Part shown: one piece after another, positions 27,604 to 37,590 of the stretch
Position numbering within the stretch: the stretch's first letter is position 1
Layout of the letters: each line of letters begins with the position of its first letter
Source: a virus
DNA length: 64,000 nucleotides
IMG/VR virus record: IMGVR_UViG_3300029624_000178
Span: 3,608 to 67,607 of that record
Reading direction: 5' to 3' (one strand)
Notes under the pieces: generated by a model
Database searches by the model: none
Seen by the model: the letters and a program-made list of their open reading frames with translations, nothing else
What the model was told of the DNA's origin: nothing
Program-made: the position numbers and the translations under genes

Positions 27604-30162
27604 TCAACGGTAGCTGCCAGCCGCCGGGTTGAGGCCGTAGCGGCGCTCCAACGTCGGCGCGATGCCCTCGCCGCGCCCCACGTTCCGGGCAATCCGGCCC
27701 TCCACCTGCTCGATCATGATGTCGAGGGTGAGGTTGCCGTTGCCGTCCCGGCGCCAATCGGCGGTGGCCTCCGTGCCCGGCGCCGCGTTGCGGACGTTCA
27801 CCGCCACATTGACCACCGGGCGCTCGCCGGAGGCCGGCGCCATCGCCCGCATCTGTTCGGGCGTGAACACGCCCTCGCCGCGGCGGGCGATGATGGGAAC
27901 CTCGCCGGCGACGATCCCGCCACCATGGAACCGCGGCGCCCGATCGAAGGCGGCAGCCGGGATCATGCGGCGCGGCAGCGCATCGGCGCCTATGACGCCG
28001 CCGCCATGGGCGACCATGACGGGGCCCGGTGCGGGGAAGTCCCCGACCGGCCCCGTGGTCCCGCTTCCCCCGAACAAGCCGCCGAAGATGGCGCCGCCGA
28101 GATCGGCGAAGATGCTCTCGAACAGCCCACCGAGGGGCTTGATCACCGCCATGCGCCAGGCGGCGCGCAGCGCTTCCTCGGCGATGCTGTTGAACAGATC
28201 GGCCGCCGACAGCTTGCCCGTCATGGCCCACTCGACGAAGGCGTCCTCACTCGCCTGCAACGCCCGGGTCGTCGCCTGCTCGAACTGGCGGGCGGCATCG
28301 CCCGCCGCGTCGAGATAGTCGCGGATGGCCCGCTGGACCCCGGCCGACCAATCGCGGCTGGCGCGCAGCATCCGGTCGTAGGCCTCTTCGCTCGCAGCTG
28401 TGAACGTCTCCTGGCTGATGGCGCCCGCCTCGAGCAGCGCATTGAGCTCGCGGATCTCGTCGGCATAGGCCTGCTGGGCCGTCCGCAGGCTGCGGGTCAG
28501 CGATTCGCCTTTCTCCCGGAGCTTGCGCGCCTCCTCCTCGGCCTTGTTGCGGGCCTCGATCGCCTGGCGTTGGTCGAAGAGCGCCCCCGCCAGCTCGCGC
28601 ACCCGCGCGCGCTCCGCCGCCGTCGCCTCCGCCGACAGACGCCGCAATGCCTGGGAGACGAAGCGTTCCCGGTCCGTCATCGTTAGCTCGTCGCGTTCCG
28701 CGCGGAGGCCCTCGATCACCCGCTGGTTGGCCTGACGCTGGCGCGCCGCAGCTTCCTCTTCGCGACGGGCGAGCTCGGCGAGACGCGCATCCCGCAGTGC
28801 GGCGGCGTCCAGCATGATCTGCTCGACGCGGTCGAGGTTCGATCCGTCGGGCGCGATCAGGGTCTGCATCTCGGCGACGAGCCGCTCATACTCGGCGCGG
28901 ATCCGCTCGGCGCCCTCGTGACGGGCTTCGAACAGCTGGCGCTGCAGATCCTGCTCGATCCGGGCGATGCGCCGCGCGCGCTCCTCCGCCGATGCGACAT
29001 CGCCCTCGATGGCATCCGGCGTCGAGCGCGTATCGGTATCGACACGGTCGGGCGTGTTGCGCTCCGCCTCGGCCTGCATCCAGGCGAGCTTCGCCGCCCA
29101 CTGGCGGTACTGCGCGACCCGCTCCTGAAGACGGCGTTCGAGCGCTTGCCGGCGGCCCCAGGCGATCGGGTCGTCGAGGAAGGAGACATCGCCGATCTCG
29201 TTCAGCTCGCGGGCGATCTCCTGCAGTTCCCGGCGCCGTTCCTCGACGATGCGCCGGGTCGAGCGCAGGCTCAGCCCCTCGAAGTTGAAGTCCCCCTGCA
29301 GCACCAGCTTCAGCTGCTCGTAAGCGACGCCGGCATCGGCCGCGAGTTCCGCAAGGCCCGAGGACAGGTCGGCGATCAGCGGCGAGAGGTCGAGGACGGC
29401 GCGCGTCAGATTGGCCGAGATCACCTTGCCCAGCGTGTCCAGTTCGTCTTTGGCTTTCTCGGCGTTGCGGATCAGGTCTTCTTCGAGAACGATGCCGAGA
29501 TCGCGGGCGCGCTGGCGCATATCCGCGAGCCCGTCGGCGCCGCGGTTCAGCATGTTGACCATGGCGACGCCCTCGCTGTCGAACAGCTTGAAGGCGAGGC
29601 GCAGCCGCTCGGCCGGATCCTCGACCGCGCGCAAGGCTTCAGCGACGTCGTCGAGAAGGTCTTCCGAGCGCCGGATATGGCCGTTCTGGTCGCGCAGGGC
29701 GATGCCCATGCTGGCGAGCGCTTCCTTCGCCTCGCCCGTGCCGCGCGCCGCCTCCCCGACCCGGCGCGTGAAGCGCTGCAGCGCCATGTCGAGAGTGTTC
29801 TGTTCGACACCCGCCAGGCTCGCCGCGTAGCGCAACTCCTGCAGAGCCTCGACGCCGATGCCGAGCTTGTCGGCGGTCTTGCCGATGGCGTCGGCCGCTT
29901 CCAGCGAGCGGTTGATCAGCGCCGACAGGCCGCCGACCGTGGCAATCCCGGCGAGCGCGCCGCCCAGCAGTCGGATGCCGCTGCGCAGGGACGAGGCGCG
30001 TTCGGCGAGCGATCCAAGGCCGCGCGAGGCGACGCCCGAGGCGCGGTCGATCTTTTTGAGGGACCGGTCGCCGCTCTCGCCGACCCCGCGCAGCTCGGCC
30101 TGGACCCGGCCACCGCCGTCGACGCTCAGGCGGACCGCATATTGATGTGTCGTCTTGGCCAT
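27604..30162 (-). CDS. Tail tape measure protein
   Basis: 852 aa, Ala-rich helical, lambda-type C-terminal region (AHGGG..FHGGG..GEVP..GEGVFTPEQ). Confidence 0.92.
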   Translation of the reverse strand: MAKTTHQYAVRLSVDGGGRVQAELRGVGESGDRSLKKIDRASGVASRGLGSLAERASSLRSGIRLLGGALAGIATVGGLSALINRSLEAADAIGKTADKLGIGVEALQELRYAASLAGVEQNTLDMALQRFTRRVGEAARGTGEAKEALASMGIALRDQNGHIRRSEDLLDDVAEALRAVEDPAERLRLAFKLFDSEGVAMVNMLNRGADGLADMRQRARDLGIVLEEDLIRNAEKAKDELDTLGKVISANLTRAVLDLSPLIADLSSGLAELAADAGVAYEQLKLVLQGDFNFEGLSLRSTRRIVEERRRELQEIARELNEIGDVSFLDDPIAWGRRQALERRLQERVAQYRQWAAKLAWMQAEAERNTPDRVDTDTRSTPDAIEGDVASAEERARRIARIEQDLQRQLFEARHEGAERIRAEYERLVAEMQTLIAPDGSNLDRVEQIMLDAAALRDARLAELARREEEAAARQRQANQRVIEGLRAERDELTMTDRERFVSQALRRLSAEATAAERARVRELAGALFDQRQAIEARNKAEEEARKLREKGESLTRSLRTAQQAYADEIRELNALLEAGAISQETFTAASEEAYDRMLRASRDWSAGVQRAIRDYLDAAGDAARQFEQATTRALQASEDAFVEWAMTGKLSAADLFNSIAEEALRAAWRMAVIKPLGGLFESIFADLGGAIFGGLFGGSGTTGPVGDFPAPGPVMVAHGGGVIGADALPRRMIPAAAFDRAPRFHGGGIVAGEVPIIARRGEGVFTPEQMRAMAPASGERPVVNVAVNVRNAAPGTEATADWRRDGNGNLTLDIMIEQVEGRIARNVGRGEGIAPTLERRYGLNPAAGSYR

Positions 30163-30165
30163 GGG

Positions 30166-30522
30166 TCAGTCCGGTCGCTGGCTCCGCAGGGCTTCGGTCA
30201 TCCCGAGCTCGGCGGCTGGCAGAAGCTCCGAGAGAACGGTCGCGTCGAACCCGCGGGTACGCGCGATGTCGAGCAGGGCCGGCTGGTCGAAGCCGACGAT
30301 TTGACCGGTCGGCCCGAGGCGCAGCTGGCTGCCGTGTTCGCTCACCAGCACAAAGAGAGCGTGCTCGTCTTCCGACCGGGGGGCGTGCTCCCGGTAGGGG
30401 CAGCGCGCGGCCGCGCTTATGCCTTCGCCTTCGGCGCAGGGACTTCCTTCCTGGCGGCACCCTTCGCAGTAGTCGGGCCCTCCGCCGAAGTGCCAGCGGC
30501 AGAGAGCCCGAATCCGTTTTTT
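30166..30522 (-). CDS. Tail assembly chaperone -1 frameshift extension (gpT-like)
   Basis: Frame open from slippery site A AAA AAC (30522-30516): KRIRALCRWHFGGGPDYCEGC..CPY..VLVSEHGSQLR.. to stop at 30166. Confidence 0.8.
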   Translation of the reverse strand, partial: KKRIRALCRWHFGGGPDYCEGCRQEGSPCAEGEGISAAARCPYREHAPRSEDEHALFVLVSEHGSQLRLGPTGQIVGFDQPALLDIARTRGFDATVLSELLPAAELGMTEALRSQRPD

Positions 30523-30926
30523 GCTGCGGTGAGCAGCACCTGCCGGAGGGTGAACTCCTGGAAGAACCGCTCGCCCACAGGGTAGAGATCCATCAGGGCG
30601 GATATGTTCTCCGGGGTCGGATCCGCCGGCCCGTCGTCACCCTCGACACCGTCCCAGCCCACGATGTGCCGGCGCGCAAGCTCCTTGATCAGCAGCGCCT
30701 GATAGAGCCCGTCGCGTGCCGCCTCGTCGTCGAGGGCGGGAAGGTCCACCACGGACAAGCCGTTCTCCCGGCGCTCGCGAAGATCGCTCTCGATCCGCTC
30801 CAGCAGGCGGCGCGCAGCCGACTGTGCCGCGGCCATCGCCGTCGTGGTGAGCGGCGTGACCGTCGCGCGGACCCCGTAGGGAAGCTCGATCTCGAACGGC
30901 TCGCGCGATGCCTTGAGAGAAATCAT
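30417..30926 (-). CDS. Tail assembly chaperone (gpG-like)
   Basis: Between tail tube and tape measure; IVGWDGV..TPENI motif; slippery heptamer near the 3' end. Confidence 0.85.
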   Translation of the reverse strand: MISLKASREPFEIELPYGVRATVTPLTTTAMAAAQSAARRLLERIESDLRERRENGLSVVDLPALDDEAARDGLYQALLIKELARRHIVGWDGVEGDDGPADPTPENISALMDLYPVGERFFQEFTLRQVLLTAAKNGFGLSAAGTSAEGPTTAKGAARKEVPAPKAKA

Positions 30927-30936
30927 GCCTGCCTCC

Positions 30937-31890
30937 TTACAGGTAATCGCTGCCGTCGAGATCGTTCACCAGGGTCACCGTCAGCATCCGCCCGGCGATC
31001 TCGTTGCGCGCCCCCTGAAAATCGAAGCTGGCCTGGACGCCGCCCGGCCCCTCGACAGCGAGCTTCGGTTTGGGCAGATAGACCTCGTGCGCCTCGAACG
31101 CGGCCGACAGGCCGGCGCCGAGGCTGTAGGAGAAATTGAGGTCGACCGGCGTTCCGTTCGTTGCCAGATCGATCAGCGTCGTGTCGGCGAAACGCAGGTC
31201 GATCCGCCCGGTCAATGCCGCGACGGTGGGATCGGCGCCGTCGATCTTGCCGTCGGAGCGGATGGTCTCGATCTTTTCCAGATTGTTCGAATAGGTGAGC
31301 GAGCCCGCCGTCAGGTTGGCGATCGCCGAGCCGGCTCGGCTGATCGCGCCCTGGAACTGGCTGACGCGCTGGAAGGCGAGCGTCGACGGTGTCCCGCCCT
31401 GGCTCGAGCCGAAGCGGCTTTCGCCCTGCGCGACGCACTGGATTGTGGCCGCCGCGGCGCCCGAACGCTGGAAGTCGAGGGCCATCGAGCCCACGACCAG
31501 CCCTGCGTGCTGGAAATACGCCGGCACCTGGGGCATGCCGACCTCGACGGTGTAGCTCGGCAGGCTCTCCTGGCCGGAGGCGAACACGTGATCGTAGGTG
31601 CCGTCGCCGTTGTCGGCGGTGACTGGATCGCCCAGGAGGCCGGTCAGCCAGATGCCGAGATAGCGCATATCGACGGGCACGACGATATCGCCCTCGTCCA
31701 TGATGGCGTCGCGCAGCGGCGCCAGCGGATCGCGGCCCTGTCCCAGGACGGGATCGTCGATCAGGCCCTGTTCGGAGCCGAGCGAGCAGCGGTTGAAGGG
31801 CATGCGATGGAACCCGCTCGCCGCCGCCTGGCCATAGGTGCTCTCGCGGGCGACGAGCAGCGTCGCGCTCGAACCATAGGCTCGCGCCAT
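30937..31890 (-). CDS. Major tail tube protein
   Basis: MARAYG..ESTYG..LGSEQGLI..LGQGRDP..LPKPKLAVEGPGGVQASFDFQ; gene order. Confidence 0.88.
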   Translation of the reverse strand: MARAYGSSATLLVARESTYGQAAASGFHRMPFNRCSLGSEQGLIDDPVLGQGRDPLAPLRDAIMDEGDIVVPVDMRYLGIWLTGLLGDPVTADNGDGTYDHVFASGQESLPSYTVEVGMPQVPAYFQHAGLVVGSMALDFQRSGAAAATIQCVAQGESRFGSSQGGTPSTLAFQRVSQFQGAISRAGSAIANLTAGSLTYSNNLEKIETIRSDGKIDGADPTVAALTGRIDLRFADTTLIDLATNGTPVDLNFSYSLGAGLSAAFEAHEVYLPKPKLAVEGPGGVQASFDFQGARNEIAGRMLTVTLVNDLDGSDYL

Positions 31891-31920
31891 GACGTGTTCT
31901 CCTGTGTGGTAGTTATGGGC

Positions 31921-32355
31921 TCAGCCGAGCGGACTGGGCGCCTCGTATTCCAGCACGAGCGTAATCGTGCCGGTCTTGATCGCCAGCCCGCCCTCGACGG
32001 CGTCCGTCATGACCTCGGGACGGCCGTAGGTCATGCCGAAGACCAGCCCGCCGAGGGTCGGATCGGCATCAAGCGCCGCGCCGATGGCCGTGGCCAGATC
32101 GTCGAAGGTCTGGTCACGGATCGCCTGGTCGCCGGACTCCGCGTAGATCTCCAGCTCCACCGCGTGGCGGTAGTAGACGGGCTCGAACCCGCCCAGGGCC
32201 TGTTCGGGCTCGCCGGGATCGCCGTCGCGCAGGATCACGAGCCCGCCGTCGGGGATGCGTTCCGGGAGTGCGCTGTTCCGTTCGACACCGATGTCCGGGA
32301 TCTGGCGCAGGCGGTCGACCAGGGCGATCAGCACCTGTTCGGATCTGGACGCCAT
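31921..32355 (-). CDS. Tail terminator-like protein
   Basis: RN..LPERIP.GGLVILRDGDPGEPE..DPTLGGL; position before the tail tube gene. Confidence 0.75.
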   Translation of the reverse strand: MASRSEQVLIALVDRLRQIPDIGVERNSALPERIPDGGLVILRDGDPGEPEQALGGFEPVYYRHAVELEIYAESGDQAIRDQTFDDLATAIGAALDADPTLGGLVFGMTYGRPEVMTDAVEGGLAIKTGTITLVLEYEAPSPLG

Positions 32356-32358
32356 GGC

Positions 32359-33027
32359 TCACTCCGCGCTCATGTGCCGGTCGATCAACCGTGGCAGCGC
32401 CCGTGTCCATTTTGCCGCGGCCCTCTCGACATCGAGACGCTTCGGCATGCGGACCTGCGGCACCAGTACGAACATCACGACCGTGGACATGCCGGCCTTC
32501 ATCCGGCCGGATTTGGTGAACGCCCCGCCCTTCGCTCGGCGCCCGACCCGGCCGGTCGATGCGTTGACGCGGACGCCGTCCACCACCAGCAGCGACGGCC
32601 GGCCGCGCCGGTAGACGAAGCGCAGCGGTCCGAACCGGTGCTCGGGAAAATTCGATGGGTTGATGCGCTTGCCGCCGACCCCACGCTTCGGAGCCGCCGG
32701 CGTCGGAATGGCGAGCCAGAACCCATTGCGGCTCTTGATCACCGTCCCTTCGTCGAACACCCGCACGATATGCGGCGCCTTCGACCAGACCAGGCTCGCC
32801 GCGTCATAGCCCTTGTTCGGGTAGGTCCGCGACCGCCAGGCCCGTGCGAGGCGAACCCCGAGACCGGCGGTCAGGACCTGCTTGCGCAGATCCTGCTTCA
32901 GACCCTCGCCGGCATCGCCGACACCGGCTTCGACCGCCTTGGCGATGCGCCCGGCCTCGGCCTCCAGGTCACGGCGGACGGCTTCGCCGAGTGCGGCAAA
33001 ACCCGGAAGGATCCTGTTCGCCATCAC
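32359..33027 (-). CDS. Tail completion / neck protein (DUF6441-like)
   Basis: Basic protein, GLGVRLARAWRS..WLAIPT..LRFVYRRG.PSLLV..LVPQV. Confidence 0.75.
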   Translation of the reverse strand: MMANRILPGFAALGEAVRRDLEAEAGRIAKAVEAGVGDAGEGLKQDLRKQVLTAGLGVRLARAWRSRTYPNKGYDAASLVWSKAPHIVRVFDEGTVIKSRNGFWLAIPTPAAPKRGVGGKRINPSNFPEHRFGPLRFVYRRGRPSLLVVDGVRVNASTGRVGRRAKGGAFTKSGRMKAGMSTVVMFVLVPQVRMPKRLDVERAAAKWTRALPRLIDRHMSAE

Positions 33028-33338
33028 TGAGGCCGCACGTCGAGGGTCCAGATCAGCCGTTCGGGATCGCGCACCGGCTCTCCCTGGACGACCAGCATCT
33101 GGCCATCGACCTCGATGGTGTCGCCCGGTCGAGGCTGCTCGATCGCCGCGACGAGCACGTCGACCAGCGTGGTCTCGGCATGCAGCCGGGTCTCCCCGAA
33201 CTCGATGACCTGATCCGGACGCCGGGCGAAGATGCGCAGCGGCACGCCGTCTCCGATCCCGCCCGGGCGATAGACGGCCGAGCGCGCGAGGTTGGGATCA
33301 TTGAACAGCACCTCCAGGGCTGCGGCGATTGCCGACAT
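33024..33338 (-). CDS. Head-tail joining protein
   Basis: LF.DPN..A.YR..PRPGD..GEP.RD.ERLIWT. Confidence 0.8.
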   Translation of the reverse strand: MSAIAAALEVLFNDPNLARSAVYRPGGIGDGVPLRIFARRPDQVIEFGETRLHAETTLVDVLVAAIEQPRPGDTIEVDGQMLVVQGEPVRDPERLIWTLDVRPQ

Positions 33339-33673
33339 CAGAAGCTGCCGTTGAGCCGCACCCGTCCGATGGTATCGGACGCACCGCCGCCGACGACCTC
33401 GACAGCGACGCCGATCGCCGTATTCCCGGAGGCGGTCTTCGTCGCCACCTTGGCGGTGTTGTCCCAATAGACCTTGTCGCCGACCGCCCAGGCCTGCGAT
33501 GCCGCCTTGGTCAGATCGAAGATGCCGACGAGGGCAGCCTCGACTGTCTCACCATTGATGGCATTCCCGGCGGCAATACCGAAGACGGCGCCGACGAGCA
33601 GGCCGTCGCCGGACGCGACGTCGTAGGGCGCGGACAGGGTGATCGTGTTGCCAGGTTGGACGTAGTTCTTCAT
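33338..33673 (-). CDS. DUF2190 capsid cement / head decoration protein
   Basis: MKNYVQPG..GDKVYWD..GVAV..VRLNG; follows the capsid gene. Confidence 0.9.
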   Translation of the reverse strand: MKNYVQPGNTITLSAPYDVASGDGLLVGAVFGIAAGNAINGETVEAALVGIFDLTKAASQAWAVGDKVYWDNTAKVATKTASGNTAIGVAVEVVGGGASDTIGRVRLNGSF

Positions 33674-33782
33674 CGCGTGGGTCCTCTTGAAAGGCGAAGG
33701 GCGGCTCCCCGCAGGCGAAGGCCTGCAGTACGAGGGGTTCCGCCCGTCTCGTCAGGGTTCAGATGTCAGGGGGTGGTCCGGC

Positions 33783-35846
33783 TTATGCGCCCGGGTTCTT
33801 GTAGAGACCGCGCCAGTCGATGGCCTTGGCGCCGAAGTCGAGCCGGCACTTGATCTCGACGCCGTCGACGTCGAAGCCGTTGCGCGTCTCGATGTAGGCG
33901 CCCTGCTGGCCTTCGAGATAGGCGTACTCGATCGTGTCGATCTGGTTCGGGCTCGCGGCCAAATACCAGGCGGTCTCGCTCGCCCCGTCGAGCCGCGGCT
34001 CGGCGATGGGCGACAGCGTCCGGATCGATTGCGGCACCACGTTCCCGCTCTGCGCGGGCACGAGGTTCTGCGCCACCAGTTGCTCGGCTTTGAGTTCGAG
34101 GGCCGCCGGCACGATCAGGAAGGCGGGCCGGATGTTCAGCACCGTCTTCTTGTCGAGGCCGGTCTGCTTGCGCATGGCTGCGCGCGCCGCACCCACGCTG
34201 TCCACCCCGAGCGCCGCGCCGGAGCCGGCGAGGTTCTTGTGATTGGCATGGAACAGCGCCGTCCCGTCCGCCATCGCCGGGTTCGCAGTCACGATGTCCC
34301 AGACCACGTCGCTCTCCAGCTGGGCGATGGCGTTGCCGTACATCGCCGGGATCCGGGTGAAGGCGTCGAGATCGTCGTTGATCAGAACCTGCCGGGTGAT
34401 GGCGACCACGCGCCCATAGGTCTCGATGCGGTAGCTCTCCTTCGATTCGCCCAGCGTGCCGCGCTTGAACTCGCCACTCTCGCCCACCTTCAGAAGCTGC
34501 GGCGCCTCGCCGAGCTGAACCCGGTGCATCGCCTTGAAGTCGGTGGCGAGCACCTGGCGGCAGAAGAGCGGGAAGGTCCGCGGATAGGCCTCGTAGGCCT
34601 GGCGCAGCGTCTTGTTGGTGACCGCCGCGAGGATCTCGGGGAAGTCCGAGGTCGAATGCAATGCCCTCGTCGCCACCTCGTCGCGGGAGAGCCCGCGCGT
34701 GCTGGCCCCCACGGTCTCCAGACTTTCTCGGGCGAGCTCCATGAGGGTCATGCCGCGATACTCGCGGGCCGCGTCTTCCAGCGGGAACAGCGTCGGGCTG
34801 TAGCGGTGCAGCAGCGCGTTGGCGACAGCCTCGCGGCGAGTCACCGTCGCGTCTCGACCGCCCAGCGGTACCGTGACATGGCCGAAGGTTCGGGTCTCGT
34901 CGGACTGCGCCGCGACCTGATCGAGGATCAGCCGGCGTGCCTCGTCGATGGAGACGCCACGCTTGATCAAGTCGTCGGCGAAGCCGCGTTCGAGGTGGAG
35001 CTTCTCGGCGAGGCCATGGATCGTGGAGACACGCTCGCGCTCCTGCGCGCGGGCCTCGGTCACCAGCGCATCGGCGTCTACGCCGCGGGTCCGGTCCTCC
35101 GACTTCTGATCGGGCTCGGCCTTCGGCTGGCTGCGGGCGGCCGTCTCCTTCGGCTGCTGGCGGGTCCCGGCGTCCTTCGCCTCGGTGGTCTTCTCGATGG
35201 CCTTCTCCGCAGGCGCATCGGTCGCGTCGCGGGTCGTCTCTTCGGTCAGGTCGGTATCGTGCATCACAGTGGTCCTCTGCTTGGGTTGGCCCGCGGCGCT
35301 GCGATGCAGGACGCAAGGCTCGAGTGGGTCGCGGGAGCGGAAGCCGGCGGCGGGATCGGCGCCCACCGGCACGGCGGAGATCTCGAACGGCGTCCAGTCG
35401 ACCGCGCGCCAGAGCTCACGGCCGCCTTCAGGCTTCGAGACCTCGTAGCGGTGGACCTGGTAGCCGATGGAGACCGCACGGATGTGTCCGGCCTCGATGT
35501 CGCGCCAGATGTCGCCGACCGCGTCGCGCTCGGAGATCCGGATCCTGGCGATGCCCTGCCCGTTCTCGATCCGCGCCGAGCCCGGCACGACCGAGCCGAT
35601 CACCGCATCGAGATCGTGCGCCTCGTGCACCTTCAGGAACGGCGCACCGTTGTTCAGCCGTTCGAGGCGCACATGGTCGGGCGCCATGCTCAGCTCCTCG
35701 TCGTGCGGCTCGCCGAAGAGCGAGAGACGCCGCACCCGCGCGCCGGTCGACCAGATGACCTCGACGCTTCGGGTCTCGGGATCGATCGTGTTCGGGGAAA
35801 GCTCCGCCGCCCGGCGCAGGGCCGGCAGTTCGATCGTCTGCTCCAT
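33783..35846 (-). CDS. Prohead protease - major capsid protein fusion
   Basis: N-terminal protease (VSIGYQV..WTPFEISAVPVGAD), acidic linker, capsid domain (HSTSDFP..DFK..ESGEFK..DWRGLYKNPG). Confidence 0.93.
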   Translation of the reverse strand: MEQTIELPALRRAAELSPNTIDPETRSVEVIWSTGARVRRLSLFGEPHDEELSMAPDHVRLERLNNGAPFLKVHEAHDLDAVIGSVVPGSARIENGQGIARIRISERDAVGDIWRDIEAGHIRAVSIGYQVHRYEVSKPEGGRELWRAVDWTPFEISAVPVGADPAAGFRSRDPLEPCVLHRSAAGQPKQRTTVMHDTDLTEETTRDATDAPAEKAIEKTTEAKDAGTRQQPKETAARSQPKAEPDQKSEDRTRGVDADALVTEARAQERERVSTIHGLAEKLHLERGFADDLIKRGVSIDEARRLILDQVAAQSDETRTFGHVTVPLGGRDATVTRREAVANALLHRYSPTLFPLEDAAREYRGMTLMELARESLETVGASTRGLSRDEVATRALHSTSDFPEILAAVTNKTLRQAYEAYPRTFPLFCRQVLATDFKAMHRVQLGEAPQLLKVGESGEFKRGTLGESKESYRIETYGRVVAITRQVLINDDLDAFTRIPAMYGNAIAQLESDVVWDIVTANPAMADGTALFHANHKNLAGSGAALGVDSVGAARAAMRKQTGLDKKTVLNIRPAFLIVPAALELKAEQLVAQNLVPAQSGNVVPQSIRTLSPIAEPRLDGASETAWYLAASPNQIDTIEYAYLEGQQGAYIETRNGFDVDGVEIKCRLDFGAKAIDWRGLYKNPGA

Positions 35847-35861
35847 CAGGATTTCCTCGGA

Positions 35862-37382
35862 TCAGGTCTCGTCGCCGTCCGGGTCATCCGGATCGGCTAC
35901 ACGGTCAGGTTCGGACGGGTCGTTCGTTTGCGCGCTGCCGGTCTTGGTGACGCGGCGCGGGTCGCTGTCGAGCACGAGGCCCAACTCGTCGAGCTTGGCG
36001 TTGGTGGCGGCGATCTCGGCCAGCACCGCGTCGGGGTTGCGACCTTGCCGGGCGATGGCTTCGGCGAGGGTCATGGTGCCGGAGCGGATGGCGAGCAGAT
36101 CCGCCATCGCATCCTTCTGCGGATCGACCGCCTCGAACTTGGGCGGCGACCATTCGACCGGCACGTCGGGCGTCGGGATTCGTCCCGCTGCCCACGCAGC
36201 TTCCGTGAACCAACGCCAGACCGGCGCGCAGAACATCGGGATGAAGAGCTGCCATTGCACCGCGTCGATCATCCGGCGGAACTCGACGAGCCCCGCCCGG
36301 ATCGACGAGTAGTTCACTTGGCTCAGATCGCCGGTCAACAGCTCGTAGGGCACGCGGAACCCCGCCGAAATCGTATGCAGGCTCGCACGCTTGTATTCGC
36401 CGTAGCCGCCGGTCGCGGACGGTTGGTTGAAGCGGATGTCCTTGCCGCCGCGGGCATATGCGATGAGTCCCGGCTCGAACTGTTCGACCCGGTTGCCGTC
36501 GGCGTCGACGACCGAGGGCGCGATCCCCTGCTGCGCTTCCTCTTCGCCGAAGACGATCGCGGTGACGCAGGCCTCGGTCTTCTTGCGGACGATCTCGGCG
36601 ACCTCGTAATCGTCGAGGTCGCGAAGCGCGCGGATGACCGGCGCACCCCAGGGCACGCCGCGCGCTTGCGTGCGCTGCTTCTCATAGACATGGGCGATCT
36701 CGCTCGCCGGAACCGCCCTGCTGGTAAACCCACCCGTCAAGGCGTGCATTGCGTCGCCCGGATGGGCGCCGAACAGCCAGTAGGCCCGGCGACGGCCGAG
36801 CGCGTCGAACTCGATTCCCTGGACTGCCTGGCCGGAGCCGAGCGCCCCGTTGCGGGTCGCGTCGAGGAAGTCGGACTCCAGCAGCTGCAGCTGCACCGGC
36901 GGCATGACCCCGTCGCCGGAACGCCTCGGACGGCGTCGGACCAGCACCTCGCCCGCCTCTACCATCTCGCGGCAGGCGAGCGTCTGCAGGCCGTAGAAGT
37001 CGAGCTGACCGTCGGCATCGCATGCCCGCGCCCAGATCTCGAACAGCCGATCAACCTCGCGGTCGAGCGCGGCGTCCCCGCTGGCGGCGCGCGGCATGAT
37101 GCCTGCGCCGACAATGTTGTTGACCAGCACCGAGACCGCCTTGGCGGCATGTGGGTTGTTGCGTACCAGGTCCCGCATCCGGTCGCGCAGCAGCGCGCCC
37201 GCCCGACCGATCTCGGCGTCCGCCGAGGATCCCGGGGCGTGCCAGCCATCGGTGCGCCGGCCGCGGGCCGCGCCCTCATAGGAGCGGGCGAGCCCCTCGA
37301 AGGCCTGCCGCGCCAGCACGCGCCGGGTGGCCGCCCGTGGGGCGACGGTCGCGATGGCCCGGTCGAACCATGACACCGACAT
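35862..37382 (-). CDS. Portal protein, lambda family
   Basis: YEGA..GRR, RMRDLVRNN, QARGVP, GDLSQVNYSSIRAG, VDPQKD. Confidence 0.95.
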   Translation of the reverse strand: MSVSWFDRAIATVAPRAATRRVLARQAFEGLARSYEGAARGRRTDGWHAPGSSADAEIGRAGALLRDRMRDLVRNNPHAAKAVSVLVNNIVGAGIMPRAASGDAALDREVDRLFEIWARACDADGQLDFYGLQTLACREMVEAGEVLVRRRPRRSGDGVMPPVQLQLLESDFLDATRNGALGSGQAVQGIEFDALGRRRAYWLFGAHPGDAMHALTGGFTSRAVPASEIAHVYEKQRTQARGVPWGAPVIRALRDLDDYEVAEIVRKKTEACVTAIVFGEEEAQQGIAPSVVDADGNRVEQFEPGLIAYARGGKDIRFNQPSATGGYGEYKRASLHTISAGFRVPYELLTGDLSQVNYSSIRAGLVEFRRMIDAVQWQLFIPMFCAPVWRWFTEAAWAAGRIPTPDVPVEWSPPKFEAVDPQKDAMADLLAIRSGTMTLAEAIARQGRNPDAVLAEIAATNAKLDELGLVLDSDPRRVTKTGSAQTNDPSEPDRVADPDDPDGDET

Positions 37383-37588
37383 CAGCGGTCCCCACGCGAG
37401 AAACCGGCGAAGCCCGCGATGGGGCGATTGACGTCCCCATTGATCTGGCGCTCGATTGTCCAGATGCGTCCGAGCAGATCCTCGGCCGAGCCGTAGTCGA
37501 CGGACTTGCCGTCATAGCTCACCCGCGTGGTCCCGCTCGCATAGGCGCGCCGGAGCGCCGCGAGTTCCGCTTCCGTCCAGTCCGCCAT
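37382..37588 (-). CDS. gpW-like head-tail joining protein
   Basis: LAALRRAYASGTTRVSYDGKSVDY; between terL and portal. Confidence 0.85.
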   Translation of the reverse strand: MADWTEAELAALRRAYASGTTRVSYDGKSVDYGSAEDLLGRIWTIERQINGDVNRPIAGFAGFSRGDR

Positions 37589-37590
37589 TG

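Noticed and set aside
33687-37373. 1228-aa + strand ORF (and similar long ORFs at 30913-33030, 42745-44523, 48910-51126)
   Set aside because: Antisense shadows of well-supported high-GC phage genes; no motifs.
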